A stretch of 39,946 nucleotides of DNA, taken from positions 1 to 39,946 of the forward strand of contig JAZGAA010000020.1 in the NCBI GenBank assembly GCA_036444215.1, written 5' to 3'. Source of the DNA: Minisyncoccota bacterium (GTDB lineage Bacteria > Patescibacteriota > Minisyncoccia > UBA6257 > UBA9933). Positions within the stretch are counted from its first letter, which is position 1. Every line of letters starts with the position of its first letter. Both the position numbers and the translations under genes were made by a program. This document shows positions 39,276 to 39,946 of the stretch, in pieces. The notes below the pieces were generated by a model. That model was given only the letters and a program-made list of their open reading frames with translations, did not search any database and was not told where the DNA came from.

Positions 39276-39946
39276 ATGATAATTCAAAATTGGACAGATG
39301 TAGTTGTAGGTTCGCTTCAAAATCTATGGGGAACAGTAGCGGGGTTTTTGCCGTCACTTATAGGAGCTTTAATAATAATTATTATTGGCTTGATAGTGGC
39401 AGCTGTATTGGCCTCTTTAGTTGAGCGATTAATTGGCGCTCTTAAGATAGATTCACTTCTTAAGACGCTTCGTTTAAGTCCTTATTTTGAACGAGCTGGT
39501 CTTCAGATGAATGCGGGTCGGTTTCTGGGCCGTTTAGTTTATTGGTTTTTGGTTATCGCCTTTATTTTGGCAGCTTCTGATATTTTAGGATTTTGGGCGC
39601 TTTCAGGTTTCTTAACAGACGTCTTACTTTATATCCCGAATATTATTATTGCTGTTTTGATAATGTTGGCGGCAGTGGTCTTAGGAAGTTTCCTGCGTTC
39701 ATTGGTCAGGTCTTCGGTAACCGCATCTAAACTACACGCTTCAAAATTTTTAGGAACTCTTACTTGGTGGTCAGTAATAGTTTTCGGTCTTCTTGCTGCT
39801 TTAACTCAGCTTGGCATTGCCGTTGCTATTATTAATACATTGATTACTGGTTTGATTGCTATGATTGCTTTGGCTGGCGGTATTGCTTTCGGGTTGGGCG
39901 GCAAAGATTATGCTGCTTCTCTTATAGAAAAACTTAAACGAGAAAC
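39276..39946 (+). CDS. Conserved-TM-helix repeat membrane protein (MscS-N-terminal-like), 3' partial at the window edge
   Basis: The frame is open from ATG 39276 to the window end, so it is not in the ORF track. It has repeated TM hairpins and ends ...GGIAFGLGGKDYAASLIEKLKRE, as in the 'conserved TM helix' family. Confidence 0.6.
   Translation, partial: MIIQNWTDVVVGSLQNLWGTVAGFLPSLIGALIIIIIGLIVAAVLASLVERLIGALKIDSLLKTLRLSPYFERAGLQMNAGRFLGRLVYWFLVIAFILAASDILGFWALSGFLTDVLLYIPNIIIAVLIMLAAVVLGSFLRSLVRSSVTASKLHASKFLGTLTWWSVIVFGLLAALTQLGIAVAIINTLITGLIAMIALAGGIAFGLGGKDYAASLIEKLKRE

Noticed and set aside
1-39946. Alternative genetic code (UGA recoded, as in Gracilibacteria/Absconditabacteria), given the CPR-like content.
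   Set aside because: Long uninterrupted ORFs for all housekeeping genes terminate sensibly with TAA, TAG and TGA. For example, the sigma factor and the SPFH gene end in TGA at positions consistent with homolog lengths. I see no in-frame TGA problem.

Overview
This is an AT-rich, gene-dense bacterial window using the standard genetic code. Its content and style fit a Patescibacteria/CPR (Parcubacteria-like) genome. Pointers are RNase Y + RNase J + PNPase, a membrane H+-PPase, a cupin-type PGI-like protein, orphan solute-binding proteins, low-complexity insertions in housekeeping proteins, one giant secreted protein and an array of VirB2-like small proteins. Confident housekeeping calls are tatA (missed by the ORF track), an ECF sigma factor, hup, rny, gpmI, secG, rnj, trpS, clpP, hppA, nusA, pnp, rpsO, a Xer recombinase, gyrA, an S1-domain protein, ftsH and five tRNAs (Leu-CAG, Leu-UAG, Ile-UAU, Val-UAC, Val-GAC). 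I saw no rRNA, CRISPR, transposase or prophage. The main hunt results are as follows. (1) Six tandem VirB2/TrbC-like 'pilin' paralogs (27459-29940) sit behind gyrA and an orphan solute-binding protein, with no secretion machinery in the window. They are convergent with an SPFH/partner operon. (2) Two GC-enriched, heavily structured non-coding regions of about 230-260 nt (18064-18323 and 36659-36886) match no RNA family I recognise. The second follows an ORFan Cys-motif protein. (3) A recurring class of gene-specific 'iterated-word palindromes' fills 5' intergenic regions of pnp, the ZIP transporter, pilin P1, gyrA, rnj and the xer/rpsO divergent region. (4) Several genes look leaderless, with a TATAAT-like box 6-7 nt before the ATG. 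(5) There is a terminator-like hairpin in the nusA leader, an NYN-domain gene between rpsO and pnp, and a tRNA-Ile with a UAU anticodon. All family assignments come from reading translated motifs by eye. No searches were run.
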